Shown here in pieces: positions 1-8,761 of a stretch of 64,000 nucleotides of DNA (position 1 is the first letter of the stretch; each line of letters begins with the position of its first letter). The DNA comes from an uncultured Chryseobacterium sp. GTDB lineage: Bacteria > Bacteroidota > Bacteroidia > Flavobacteriales_F > PHOS-HE28. The notes under the pieces were generated by a model. It saw only the letters and a program-made list of their open reading frames with translations. It made no database searches and was not told where the DNA came from. The position numbers and the translations under genes are program-made. The DNA lies in NCBI GenBank assembly GCA_964394425.1, contig CAYMXP010000002.1, positions 13,828-77,827 of the forward strand, in the 5' to 3' direction.

Positions 1-1
1 G

Positions 2-382
2 GCGCTGTATGCCCTGGGCACCTGGCACCTCTTCGGTGTGCATGTCAAAATGGACCGACGTGCCGCTGCCGGTTATCTGGAGCGTGCCTCATCCATGGGC
101 CATCCGGCCGCCGCGTATGACCTCGCCGTTTCCTATGAGAAAGGCGCCGGGGTATCGAGAGACAGGCACCGCGCGTTCAATCTGTACATGAAGGCCGCGC
201 TCCTTGGCGACCGCGATGCGAAGTATGAGGTCTGCCGGTGTTTCTACCACGGGATCGGCACGGCCAGGGACCGTGAAGCGGCGCAGGTATGGCTGGATGC
301 GTACCAACGTGGAAAGCAGGCTTCACGCACCGTGGCCAGGACCGGCATCGCTCAAGGCTGGCGTTCACGGATCGCCGCCTGA
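2..382 (+). CDS. Sel1-like tetratricopeptide repeat protein; 5' end cut by the window edge. The ORF tool's start at 38 is an internal GTG.
   Basis: Repeated Sel1-type motifs: 'AAAGYLERASSMGHPAAAYDLAVSYEKGAGVSRD', 'AFNLYMKAALLGDRDAKYEVCRCFYHGIGTARD'. The reading frame is open from position 2. Confidence 0.55.
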   Translation, partial: ALYALGTWHLFGVHVKMDRRAAAGYLERASSMGHPAAAYDLAVSYEKGAGVSRDRHRAFNLYMKAALLGDRDAKYEVCRCFYHGIGTARDREAAQVWLDAYQRGKQASRTVARTGIAQGWRSRIAA

Positions 383-1603
383 TCGCAGCACCTCGGCCGC
401 CGCCGCTTTGATCGCCGCGATCACCTCATCCACCTGCGTGTCGGCGAGGTCGTAGTACACCGGCAGGCTGATCTCGCGCGCATAGTGTTCGTAGCTGCGC
501 GGAAAGTCCTCGATGCGATAGCCCATGCCCTTGTAGACGCTCAGCATCGGCATGGGCATGAAGTGGACGTTGACGCTCACCTCCCGCTTCGCGATGGCGG
601 CGATGATGGCGTCGCGTTGCGCTTCGGTGGCGCCGGCGATGCGCAACATGTAGAGGTGGTAACTGCTTTCGCGTCGTTCATCGCGCAACGTTGGGACAAT
701 GGAACGCGGATCGCCGGCGAACGCGGCCTGGTAACGCTCGCAGATCGCCTTGCGCCGTGGCAGCGTCTCGCGGTCGTAGCGCTCCAGTTCCACCATGCCG
801 ATGGCCGCCTGCAGGTCGGTCATGTTGCATTTGAAGCCGGCCATGATCACGTCGTAGCGCCACGCGCCGGGCTGCGTCTTGGCGAGCGCGTCCTTGCTCT
901 GGCCGTGCAGGCTCATGGTGTTGAAGTGCGCGTAGAGCGCCGCGTTGTCGAACGGCGGGGGCATGTTCAACGCCAGCGCGCCACCCTCGGCCGTGGTCAG
1001 GTTCTTCACCGCGTGGAAGCTGAAGCCGGTGATGTCGGCCTGCGTTCCCACCTTCCTTCCACCGATGGTGGCGCCGAAGGAATGCGCGGCGTCGGAGAGC
1101 ACGAGCACTCGGCCCAACACGCGCTGGTTGTCGGTTGTCGGTTGTCGGTTGTCGGTCGCACGAAATTTCCCGCGCGCTTCCTCCGCGATGCGCATGATCG
1201 CCGGCACGTCGGCGGGCAGGCCGCCGATGTCCACGGGGATGATGCACTTGGTGCGCGGCGTGATCGCCTTGCGCACGGCATCGGGATCGATCGTGAAGTC
1301 GTCGAGGATGTCGACCATGACCGGCTTCGCGCCGCAGTGCACCACGATGTTGGCCGTGGCGCAATAGCTGTACGCCGGAACGATCACTTCATCGCCCGGT
1401 CCGATGCCGAACCACCGCAGCACCAGTTCGGCGGCGTTGGTCCAGCTGTTCAGCGCGATCACGTTCCGCACGCCGCAGTATTCCGCAAGCCGCTTCTCGA
1501 ATTCCTTGGTGCGCGGTCCGGTGGTGATCCAGCCCGAACGCAGCGCCTCCTCCACGGCCTTCACCGTGCGGTCGTCGATGCGGGGAGGGGAGAAGGGGAT
1601 CAT
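365..1603 (-). CDS. DegT/DnrJ/EryC1/StrS-family PLP-dependent sugar aminotransferase.
   Basis: Conserved family segments across the 412-aa ORF: 'DEVIVPAYSYCATANIVVHCGAKPVMVDI', 'LSDAAHSFGA', 'GFSFHAVKNLTTAEGGAL'. It carries an insertion encoded by a heptanucleotide repeat. Confidence 0.85.
   Translation of the reverse strand: MIPFSPPRIDDRTVKAVEEALRSGWITTGPRTKEFEKRLAEYCGVRNVIALNSWTNAAELVLRWFGIGPGDEVIVPAYSYCATANIVVHCGAKPVMVDILDDFTIDPDAVRKAITPRTKCIIPVDIGGLPADVPAIMRIAEEARGKFRATDNRQPTTDNQRVLGRVLVLSDAAHSFGATIGGRKVGTQADITGFSFHAVKNLTTAEGGALALNMPPPFDNAALYAHFNTMSLHGQSKDALAKTQPGAWRYDVIMAGFKCNMTDLQAAIGMVELERYDRETLPRRKAICERYQAAFAGDPRSIVPTLRDERRESSYHLYMLRIAGATEAQRDAIIAAIAKREVSVNVHFMPMPMLSVYKGMGYRIEDFPRSYEHYAREISLPVYYDLADTQVDEVIAAIKAAAAEVLRSGGDP
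1126..1153. repeat. Perfect heptanucleotide tandem repeat (GGTTGTC)x4 inside the DegT coding sequence. On the coding strand it is GACAACC, encoding 'TDNRQPTTDNQ'.
   Basis: Read directly from the sequence: ggttgtcggttgtcggttgtcggttgtc at 1126-1153. Confidence 0.9.
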
Positions 1604-1696
1604 GGCGATCGGAGGATCAGAAGGTCAGACGCCTCCGCGAAGACGCTTCGGCGTCCAAAGGATGACCAGAGAATGGGAATGCCGGCTTCGGAACGA

Positions 1697-2950
1697 TCAT
1701 GACCGGCGAAGATCGGCTTCGCGGCCCGTCCAGGAGAGGATCAACACCATGAAGGAAAAGAACACCACGCCGGCCTGGACCTCCAGCATGCTCTCCACCG
1801 TCCAGTTGGCGGCGGTGATCAGCAGGAAGAGCACCGCGAAGGGATCGCGCCACGAGAAGATCGCTGGAAAGATGATCATCGCCAGCAGGACGAGGAGCGC
1901 CGGGATGCCCAGGCAGGCCGCGGTCTGCAGGAACTGGTCGTGCGCGTTGAGGCGGTGGGACTCCGCGCCCGTGTAGCCGCGTGCATGGTAGGCGCGCACC
2001 AGTTCATCCTTGATGTCGCCGGTGCCGGTGCCGGCCAGTGGATCCCGTTCGATCAGGTCCAGGGCCGTGCTCCAGGTCAGGCGGCGCACCTCGCTGCTGG
2101 TCACCGTGGCGTCATCGGCATGGCTCGACGTGGTGGCGCGCCACATTTCGCGCACGCGGTCCCAGGCATAGGGCGAGAGCACCACCAGCGCCAGCAGCGC
2201 GATGGCCGACGCGCCGGCGAAGCACAGCAGCGTGCCGCGCATGGCGCGATCACGCCACCGAAGGACGATCAGGACGATGAACAGCGCGCCGAGCAACAGC
2301 CAGCCGATCTTCGATCCGCAGAGCACCACGCCCAGGCAGAGGATCGCGAGCATCGCGCGCGAGGCGGAGGCCGGAAGCCAGCGGTCCACCGGCGGAAGGC
2401 ACCACGCGGCGATGGCGGTGAGCAGATACATGGCGAAGTAGCTCGGGTGCAGGAAGAGCGACCAGCGCGAGCTGAAGATCTCCTGCGCCGCGGAGTGGTC
2501 CGAGCCCTTGATCACGCGAACCGTAGCGGCGAGGATGCAGATGATCACGGCGACCGCATTGCCGAGCGCGAACACGAACAACAGCGGTCCGCGCCCAACG
2601 CGCACCTCGGTCCTGAGCGCCATGGCCAGCAGTGGCAGCACGAACAGGGTGGCCTTCACCTGCAGGTCGAACCAGCCGAAGGCGGTGTTGCTGGTCCAAA
2701 GCATGCCGGCCAGGTGAAGGAGGTACAGGAGGATGGCGTAGGGCAGGGGAGAGCGCCATTCCACGGCCGGCCCCTGGAGATGCCCGCGCCGGAAGACCAG
2801 GGCGATCACCGTGGCGGCGGTGGCCCAGGGAAGCATGGCGGGAGCGAGCACAAGGCTTGCGGAGAGGATCAGGAGGAGGCATGCCGCGGGCCATCCATGC
2901 ACGATGAGGAGATCGGCGAATGCGGTGTGAAGGCTCGTGCGCGCGTTCAT
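1697..2950 (-). CDS. Wzy_C-family polytopic membrane protein (O-antigen polymerase or ligase).
   Basis: About 10 predicted TM helices. Family motifs 'GSKIGWLLLGALF' and 'NAHDQFLQTAACLGIPALL'. Start codon overlaps the stop of the downstream GT4 gene (ATGA). Confidence 0.7.
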   Translation of the reverse strand: MNARTSLHTAFADLLIVHGWPAACLLLILSASLVLAPAMLPWATAATVIALVFRRGHLQGPAVEWRSPLPYAILLYLLHLAGMLWTSNTAFGWFDLQVKATLFVLPLLAMALRTEVRVGRGPLLFVFALGNAVAVIICILAATVRVIKGSDHSAAQEIFSSRWSLFLHPSYFAMYLLTAIAAWCLPPVDRWLPASASRAMLAILCLGVVLCGSKIGWLLLGALFIVLIVLRWRDRAMRGTLLCFAGASAIALLALVVLSPYAWDRVREMWRATTSSHADDATVTSSEVRRLTWSTALDLIERDPLAGTGTGDIKDELVRAYHARGYTGAESHRLNAHDQFLQTAACLGIPALLVLLAMIIFPAIFSWRDPFAVLFLLITAANWTVESMLEVQAGVVFFSFMVLILSWTGREADLRRS

Positions 2951-4197
2951 GGCCTGTCCGGATCCGGACGAACGACGCGTTGAAGGTCGTTCCAGAAGCG
3001 CGCGTTGATCGCCGCGCGATCGAAATGCGCCCGCACATACTCCCTGCCGCGCCCGCCCATGGCCCGCATTCCGGGCCGGTCGGCGTCCAGCCGCAGCACG
3101 GCATCGGCCAGGGCCGCCGGATCCTCCGGTGCGAACGCGATGCCCGCGCCCGCGCGATCGATGAAGTGCGCGCGCGCTTCGCCTTCCACGCCGAGCAACA
3201 GCGGCTTGCCCAGCGCCAGCGCCTCGAAGATCTTGCTGGGGATCGCGCCCTTGAAGAGCTCGTTGCGGCGCAGCGGCACCACCACCGCGTCCACCGCGCG
3301 CAGCAAGGCGAGCAGTTCCGTGCGCGGCATCCTGTCGATGAAGTGTACGCGGCTCGCGTGCAACGCCGTCGCCCTGGCTTGCAAGCGCGCGCGCTCGGGC
3401 CCGTCGCCGATCAGAAGGAAATGGATGTCCGTTCGTGCGCCCAGCCTGGCGGCGGCGTTCAGCACCACCTCAAGCCCCTGCGCGTGGCCGATGATCCCCG
3501 CATAGGCCAGCACCAGGTCGCCATCGCGGATCCCAAGCGCATGCAGGCGCGACCGGTCAGCGGTCGGACCCGTCCCCTCGATCGCATCGAGGTCCACGCC
3601 GTTGGGCACCCAGACCACGCGCTTCGTCGGGCAGCGCCGCTGGATGTCGCGCACGATCCCTTCGGTCTGCCCGGTGATCAGCGCCGACGCCCGATAGCAG
3701 CGCATCTCCAGCCGTTGGCTGAGGGCGATCATCGTTCTGTTCGTGACCAGCCCCAGTTGCACGGCGCTCTCCGGCCAGAGGTCGCTCACGTTGAACACCA
3801 GCTTCGCACCCTTCACCCTGGCCAGCGCCATGGCGGTGATCCCCAGGAACAGGGGCGGCGATTCCACGATGAGCACATCGCTCCGGCGCAGCTTGAACAG
3901 CCCGACGAGCAGCGAGGTGAGGACAAAGGAGAAATAGTTCATCAGCCTCCAGAAGATCCCACGCCGGCGGCTCACCAACAGGCAGGCGCGCACGATGCGC
4001 AAGCCCTCGATCCTTTCCTCCATCACCCATTTCCCGCGATAGGCCGCATGAACGCGCATTTCCGGGTAGTTGGGCATCGCCGTCATCACCGTCACCTCCG
4101 CTCCGTTCAGTGCGAGCGCGCGTGCCATCGCGAAGAGCCGGTTCTGCGGAGCGCCGGTCTCCGGCGGGAAGTACTGCGTGAGCAGGACGATCTTCAT
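2947..4197 (-). CDS. GT4-family glycosyltransferase (WbuB/WcaI-like).
   Basis: N-terminus 'MKIVLLTQYFPPETGAPQNRLFAMARAL' and C-terminal GT-B motifs 'LLLGVEGEA…'. Start taken at the internal ATG at 4197 (MKIVLL), which forms an ATGA overlap with the upstream gene's stop. Confidence 0.8.
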   Translation of the reverse strand: MKIVLLTQYFPPETGAPQNRLFAMARALALNGAEVTVMTAMPNYPEMRVHAAYRGKWVMEERIEGLRIVRACLLVSRRRGIFWRLMNYFSFVLTSLLVGLFKLRRSDVLIVESPPLFLGITAMALARVKGAKLVFNVSDLWPESAVQLGLVTNRTMIALSQRLEMRCYRASALITGQTEGIVRDIQRRCPTKRVVWVPNGVDLDAIEGTGPTADRSRLHALGIRDGDLVLAYAGIIGHAQGLEVVLNAAARLGARTDIHFLLIGDGPERARLQARATALHASRVHFIDRMPRTELLALLRAVDAVVVPLRRNELFKGAIPSKIFEALALGKPLLLGVEGEARAHFIDRAGAGIAFAPEDPAALADAVLRLDADRPGMRAMGGRGREYVRAHFDRAAINARFWNDLQRVVRPDPDRP

Positions 4198-5270
4198 GCG
4201 CGCGAAGCCGGTGAGGTGATGGTGGAAAGCAGCTGCATCATGCGATCCACGCATGCCGACCATTCATAGCGGGACGCGGCCAGGTCGCGTCCGGCTGAAC
4301 CCCACCGGGCGCGCAACGCGGGATCGGCGAGGAGCCGGGAGAGCGCCGCGGCGGCGGCATCCGCATCGCCGATGGGCACCACCGCGCCCGTGCGATCGTG
4401 CTGCACCAGTTCGCGCAGCCCTTCGGCCGCTGAGACCACCACAGGCAGCGCGCTGGCGCAAGCCTCCAGCACCGAGACGCCGAAACTTTCGCGCCGGCTC
4501 AGGGCCACGAACACGTCCATCGCCCGCAGATGCGCGGGCACGTCTTCATGGCGCACCGCGCCGGTGAATTGAACGCGATCGGCGATCGCTCGCGAACGCG
4601 CCGAACGCTCCAGCTCCGCGCGTTGCGGTCCGTCGCCGACGATCCGCAGCGTGGCTCCGGGATGGTCCCCGGCGATCCGCGCGAACGCCGCGATCAGCAC
4701 GTCGATCCCATAGACGGGAGCCAGCGCCTTCACCGTGCCGATCACCGGACCTCCGTCATGATGATCGCTCGATGCGCGCGGGTGGAACACCATGGTGTCC
4801 ACGCCGAAGGGGATCACCGCCACCGGAGGTCCTTGTGGGATCAACGCGCGCGCATGCGCGGCCATGGCTTCGCTGGTGGACACCAGGTGGCTGGCGTGCA
4901 TCAGGTTGCGGCGCAGCCACCACCGGTGGATGGCGCTGCTCGCCGGGAACTCTTCCACGTCGCTTCCCCAAACGTTCAACACCACGGGCACGCCACGCAC
5001 CGCGCGCGCGAGGGTGCCGTAACCGGTGGCGTAATGCGCGTTCACCACGTCGGGACGGAAACCACGGGCCAGCCGCATCACGCGCCCCCGGTTCAGCAGA
5101 TAGCCGGCGCCGGCGCGGTGAGCCAGGTGTTCCACGCGGATCGCCGATGCCAGCGATGGATCGGGCGCATGCTGCGTGACCAGCAACAGATCGCACCCGC
5201 GCGCGGCGAGCGCGTTGGCCCAGCGAACGGCATGCACCGAACTGGCGGCGGCGAGCATGAGCACCTTCAT
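4194..5270 (-). CDS. GT4-family glycosyltransferase.
   Basis: 'MKVLMLAAASSVHAVRWANALAARGCDLLLVT' plus the E-x7-E-like region 'RRESFGVSVLEACASALPVVVSAAEG'. Start taken at the ATG at 5270; the long upstream ORF extension is Arg-rich and looks like a GC artefact. Confidence 0.8.
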   Translation of the reverse strand: MKVLMLAAASSVHAVRWANALAARGCDLLLVTQHAPDPSLASAIRVEHLAHRAGAGYLLNRGRVMRLARGFRPDVVNAHYATGYGTLARAVRGVPVVLNVWGSDVEEFPASSAIHRWWLRRNLMHASHLVSTSEAMAAHARALIPQGPPVAVIPFGVDTMVFHPRASSDHHDGGPVIGTVKALAPVYGIDVLIAAFARIAGDHPGATLRIVGDGPQRAELERSARSRAIADRVQFTGAVRHEDVPAHLRAMDVFVALSRRESFGVSVLEACASALPVVVSAAEGLRELVQHDRTGAVVPIGDADAAAAALSRLLADPALRARWGSAGRDLAASRYEWSACVDRMMQLLSTITSPASRA

Positions 5271-5305
5271 GGACGGATGGTCCCGGCGAAGATCGCGGTT
5301 GGCTC

Positions 5306-7006
5306 TCACGCCCGGGGGAGGTGCCCGGCCGCGGCGCGAAGCCGGCGCATCACCCCGTCGTGATCGTCGGCCCGTACCACGTGGGCGTCCTCGGCACGCC
5401 ACCACAGCCGGTCGCGCGCGGCCTCGTCCGGGCACAGGATGGACGCGGAGAAGAAGGCCGCCAGCTGCGCGATGGCACCGCCGCGCCCGTCGAAGGCGAT
5501 CACCACCGGCGCCGAACAGCACATCACCGTGAGCAGGGCGGCCCCTGGATCATGGCGAACGATGACGACGTCGGGCCGTGCGCGGTGCAGGGCGCGTTTC
5601 AGGCGGCGCCGCTCCATCAGCGAGCCCGATCGCAGCCGTATGGAGAGCGTAGATGATCCCTCCACCGGGCCGGTGCGCCCGCCGGACACCACCTCCACCA
5701 TCCGCGGGTGGTCGGCTCCCGTGGCGGCCAGGCGGTCCAGTTCGGAGCGCACGAAGCGCACATCGCGCCAGGTGGCCCAGCCCAACCACCACAGGGCGAT
5801 CACCATCACCACCGCCATGGTGTACGGCGGGGTGGGCACCACCAGGTGCAGCAACGCGCCGGCCAGCATGATGCCGAAGGCCTTGAGCAGGTTCAAGCCG
5901 TTGCGCGGCGTATGGTGGTAGGCGTCGAGCACGCTGCGCATGCCGAAGAAATAGCCGAAGGGCAGGGCACCGAGGAAGCACAGCCTGCTGATGAAGAGGT
6001 AGCTCCCGGCCGCATCGCCGATGTACGCGCTCAACAACGGGCCGGCGAGCACTTCGAAGCCGAGCATCAATGCCGCGCCCGATCCGATCATCCAGTGCGA
6101 GAGGCGCCCGATGCCCGCCGAAAGTCCGGCGTGGTCGCCGGCCGCCAGTTTTTCGGATGCCGCCGGCAGCAGCAGCAGCGCCACCGGATTGAAAACGGCC
6201 GAGGCCAGGTTGAGCAGCGTGGCACCGAAGCCCACCTGTCCGCCCAGGTCCGCCCCGAAGGTGCGCACCGCCACGTACACCGGCACGGTGAGCAGCGCGC
6301 CCATGGCCACGTCGCCCGGCACGCGCGGCAGCCCGAAGCGCAGCAGCCGGGCACGCTCCACGCGCAACCGCATGGGCGTGCGACCCAGCAGCAGCGCGGC
6401 GATGAGGACCAGCGGAACGGCGATCCAGCCCCAGGCGGTGGCCCAGAGGATCGGGCGCAGGTCGTCGAACAGGAAGAACGACGCGCAGGGGATCGCCGCG
6501 AGCACCGCCACCTGGGCGGCGTTCGCCACGGCGCCCAGGCCGGCGCCCCGCAATTGCGCGTAGGTCATGCCGTGCAGTCCGATGCCGGCGATCATCACCC
6601 CGAGCGGCGGGATCAGTGCGGCACCCGTCGCATCGCCGAAGACGATCCATGAGAGCTCCTCCGGGAGGAGGAGGCCGGCGCAGATCACCAGCGCCGACAG
6701 CGGCAGCACCCAGGTGAGCGCGGCGGCGAGGTAGCGGCGGCGCTCGTCGGGCGAGCCGGTCATGGCCACGAAGCGCGTGAGGCTGATGGCCGCGCCCAGC
6801 AGCAGCACGGGGAAGAGAAAGGACACCGTGCGGCGCACGATCACATAAGAGCCCAGGTCGGCATCGCCGCGCAGGGCGGCCAGCCGGTAGGCGTACACCA
6901 TGCCCAGCATCGCCAGGCCCTCGGCGGCCAGGGTGAGCAGGGCATCGCGTCCCCGCGGCGTGCGCAAACGGCCGATCATGGCCGCCGAAAGTAGCCGAAG
7001 GCCCAC
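5306..7006 (-). CDS. Wzx-like MOP-superfamily polysaccharide flippase carrying a ~150-aa C-terminal cytoplasmic extension that resembles the N-terminal half of a GT4 glycosyltransferase.
   Basis: N-terminal ~400 aa contain 12+ hydrophobic helices typical of polysaccharide biosynthesis/flippase proteins. The C-terminal 'LKRALHRARPDVVIVRHDPGAALLTVMCCSAPVVIAFDGRG' resembles a Glyco_trans_4-like N-terminal domain. Confidence 0.6.
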   Translation of the reverse strand: MGLRLLSAAMIGRLRTPRGRDALLTLAAEGLAMLGMVYAYRLAALRGDADLGSYVIVRRTVSFLFPVLLLGAAISLTRFVAMTGSPDERRRYLAAALTWVLPLSALVICAGLLLPEELSWIVFGDATGAALIPPLGVMIAGIGLHGMTYAQLRGAGLGAVANAAQVAVLAAIPCASFFLFDDLRPILWATAWGWIAVPLVLIAALLLGRTPMRLRVERARLLRFGLPRVPGDVAMGALLTVPVYVAVRTFGADLGGQVGFGATLLNLASAVFNPVALLLLPAASEKLAAGDHAGLSAGIGRLSHWMIGSGAALMLGFEVLAGPLLSAYIGDAAGSYLFISRLCFLGALPFGYFFGMRSVLDAYHHTPRNGLNLLKAFGIMLAGALLHLVVPTPPYTMAVVMVIALWWLGWATWRDVRFVRSELDRLAATGADHPRMVEVVSGGRTGPVEGSSTLSIRLRSGSLMERRRLKRALHRARPDVVIVRHDPGAALLTVMCCSAPVVIAFDGRGGAIAQLAAFFSASILCPDEAARDRLWWRAEDAHVVRADDHDGVMRRLRAAAGHLPRA

Positions 7007-7101
7007 GCTTCCATCCGTGACCCGCGTGCGCCGCTCATCCGGATCGCGCCTTCGCGCTCCGCCTGCCGCTTCTATCTTCAGCCCGTCAACGTTCCGAACA
7101 C

Positions 7102-7548
7102 ATGGACTTCTTTTTCGAATGGCACTGGTGGGCGGGCGCGGCGCTGGTGCTGCTGATCGCCGAGATCTTCGTGCCGGGCTTCTTCCTGCTCTGCCTGGGC
7201 ATCGGTTGCGCGGGCGGCAGCGTGGCGGCCTGGGCCGGTGCCGGCGAGGGCGGCCAGCTGATCGCCTTCAGCATCGTGGCGCTCATCTCCTTCTTCACCA
7301 TCCGCCCGCTGTTGATGAAGAAGTTCTGGAAGGACGGCGGCACCAGGACCAACGTGGACGCGCTGCTGGGCCGCCGCGCGAAGGTGACGCAGGATTTCGA
7401 GCCCTCCCTGCGCCTGGGCCGCGTGGCCATCGACGGCGACGACTGGCGCGCCGAATGCACCACCGACCGCGCGCTGCGCCAGGGCGACATCGTCGAGATC
7501 GTCCGCGTGGACAGCAACACCCTGATCGTGAAACCCATCGAGCCCTGA
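7102..7548 (+). CDS. NfeD-family membrane protein, the usual partner of SPFH/stomatin proteins.
   Basis: Two N-terminal TM helices followed by a C-terminal OB-fold-like segment 'LGRRAKVTQDFEPSLRLGRVAIDGDDWRAECTTDRALRQGDIVEIVRVDSNTLIVKPI'. Immediately upstream of an SPFH gene. Confidence 0.75.
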   Translation: MDFFFEWHWWAGAALVLLIAEIFVPGFFLLCLGIGCAGGSVAAWAGAGEGGQLIAFSIVALISFFTIRPLLMKKFWKDGGTRTNVDALLGRRAKVTQDFEPSLRLGRVAIDGDDWRAECTTDRALRQGDIVEIVRVDSNTLIVKPIEP

Positions 7549-7568
7549 TCGATCGCGGATCGAACCGC

Positions 7569-7665
7569 CAACTGCGAACTGCCAACCGCCAACTGCCAAC
7601 TGCAAACTGCAAACTGCAAACTGCCAACTGCCAACTGCCAACTGCCAACTGCCAACTGCCAACTC
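7569..7665. repeat. Heptanucleotide tandem repeat of ~13 units (AACTGCC, with AACTGCA/AACTGCG/AACCGCC variants) between the NfeD stop and the SPFH start codon.
   Basis: Sequence: caactgcg aactgcc aaccgcc aactgcc aactgca x3 aactgcc x5 aactcc, ending 3 nt before the ATG at 7669. Confidence 0.9.
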
Positions 7666-7668
7666 CTC

Positions 7669-8667
7669 ATGAGCCCCTCCACCATCATCCTCGTCCTCCT
7701 CGCGCTCTTCGTCATCTTCATCATCGCCAAGGGCCTGCGCATCATCCAGCAGAGCGAAGCCATGGTGATCGAGCGCCTGGGCAAATACCACAAGACGCTG
7801 CAGCCGGGCATCAACATCATCATCCCCATCGTGGACAAGCCGCGGGAGATCGTCTTCCGCTTCACGCGCGACCTGCCCGACGGCAACAAGTACGTGCAGT
7901 TCCTGCGCAAGGAGCGGCTCGACCTGCGCGAAACGGTCTACGACTTCCCCCGCCAGAACGTGATCACCAAGGACAACGTGATGACGGAGATCAACGCCCT
8001 GCTCTACTTCCAGATCACCGACCCGGTGAAGGCGATGTACGAGATCGAGAACCTGCCCCTGGCCATCGAGAAGCTCACGCAGACCACCCTGCGCAACGTG
8101 ATCGGCGAACTGGACCTCGACGAGACCCTTACCAGCCGCGACACGATCAACATGAAGCTGCGGCAGATCCTGGACGAGGCCAGCAACAAATGGGGCGTGA
8201 AGGTGAACCGCGTGGAACTGCAGGACATCAACCCCCCGCGCGACATCCGCGAGGCGATGGAGAAGCAGATGCGCGCCGAACGCGACCGCCGCGCGCAGAT
8301 CATCGACGCCGAAGGCGGCAAGCGCGCCCAGATCCTGCAGGCCGAGGGCATCCAGCAGGCGCAGATCACCCAGGCCGAGGGCCAGAAACAATCGCAGATC
8401 CTGGAGGCCGAGGGCGACGCGCAGGCCCGCATCCGCCGCGCGCAAGGTGAGGCGGAGGCCATCACGCTGGTCACCAAGGCCATCACGGGAGGCAGGAGCG
8501 ATCCGTCCAGCTACCTCATCGCCATGAAGTACCTGGAGACCCTCAAGGAGATGACCAGCGGCAAGGACAACAAGGTGATCTACATCCCCTACGAAGCCAC
8601 CGGCGTGCTCAGCAGCGTGGGCGGGATCAAGGACATGCTGGACGCGGGGCGGGCGATGAACAAGTGA
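7669..8667 (+). CDS. SPFH/Band-7 (stomatin/HflC-like) protein with a C-terminal coiled-coil of repeats.
   Basis: N-terminal TM segment, then the SPFH core 'IIQQSEAMVIERLGKYHKTLQPGINIIIPIVDK…FPRQNVITKDNVMTEINALLYFQITDPVKAMYEI'. C-terminal repeats 'AQIIDAEGGKRAQILQAEGIQQAQITQAEGQKQSQILEAEG'. Confidence 0.9.
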   Translation: MSPSTIILVLLALFVIFIIAKGLRIIQQSEAMVIERLGKYHKTLQPGINIIIPIVDKPREIVFRFTRDLPDGNKYVQFLRKERLDLRETVYDFPRQNVITKDNVMTEINALLYFQITDPVKAMYEIENLPLAIEKLTQTTLRNVIGELDLDETLTSRDTINMKLRQILDEASNKWGVKVNRVELQDINPPRDIREAMEKQMRAERDRRAQIIDAEGGKRAQILQAEGIQQAQITQAEGQKQSQILEAEGDAQARIRRAQGEAEAITLVTKAITGGRSDPSSYLIAMKYLETLKEMTSGKDNKVIYIPYEATGVLSSVGGIKDMLDAGRAMNK

Positions 8668-8761
8668 GCAGGACCGCACGCCGGTGCCACGCCAGCACGA
8701 TCGGACTGGGTGCGATGTTTGATGGGTGGGGCCGAACCCCGCTCCAAGTACGAACCCGGCC

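Noticed and set aside
7558-7665. Possibility that the short tandem repeats are a CRISPR array.
   Set aside because: The unit is only 7 bp, there are no spacers, and there are no cas genes nearby. It is a simple sequence repeat.
6900-8450. A long plus-strand ORF reading through the heptamer array as 'NRQLRTANRQLPTANCKLQTANC…'.
   Set aside because: Its frame is out of phase with the well-supported NfeD and SPFH genes, and the repeat translation is incidental.
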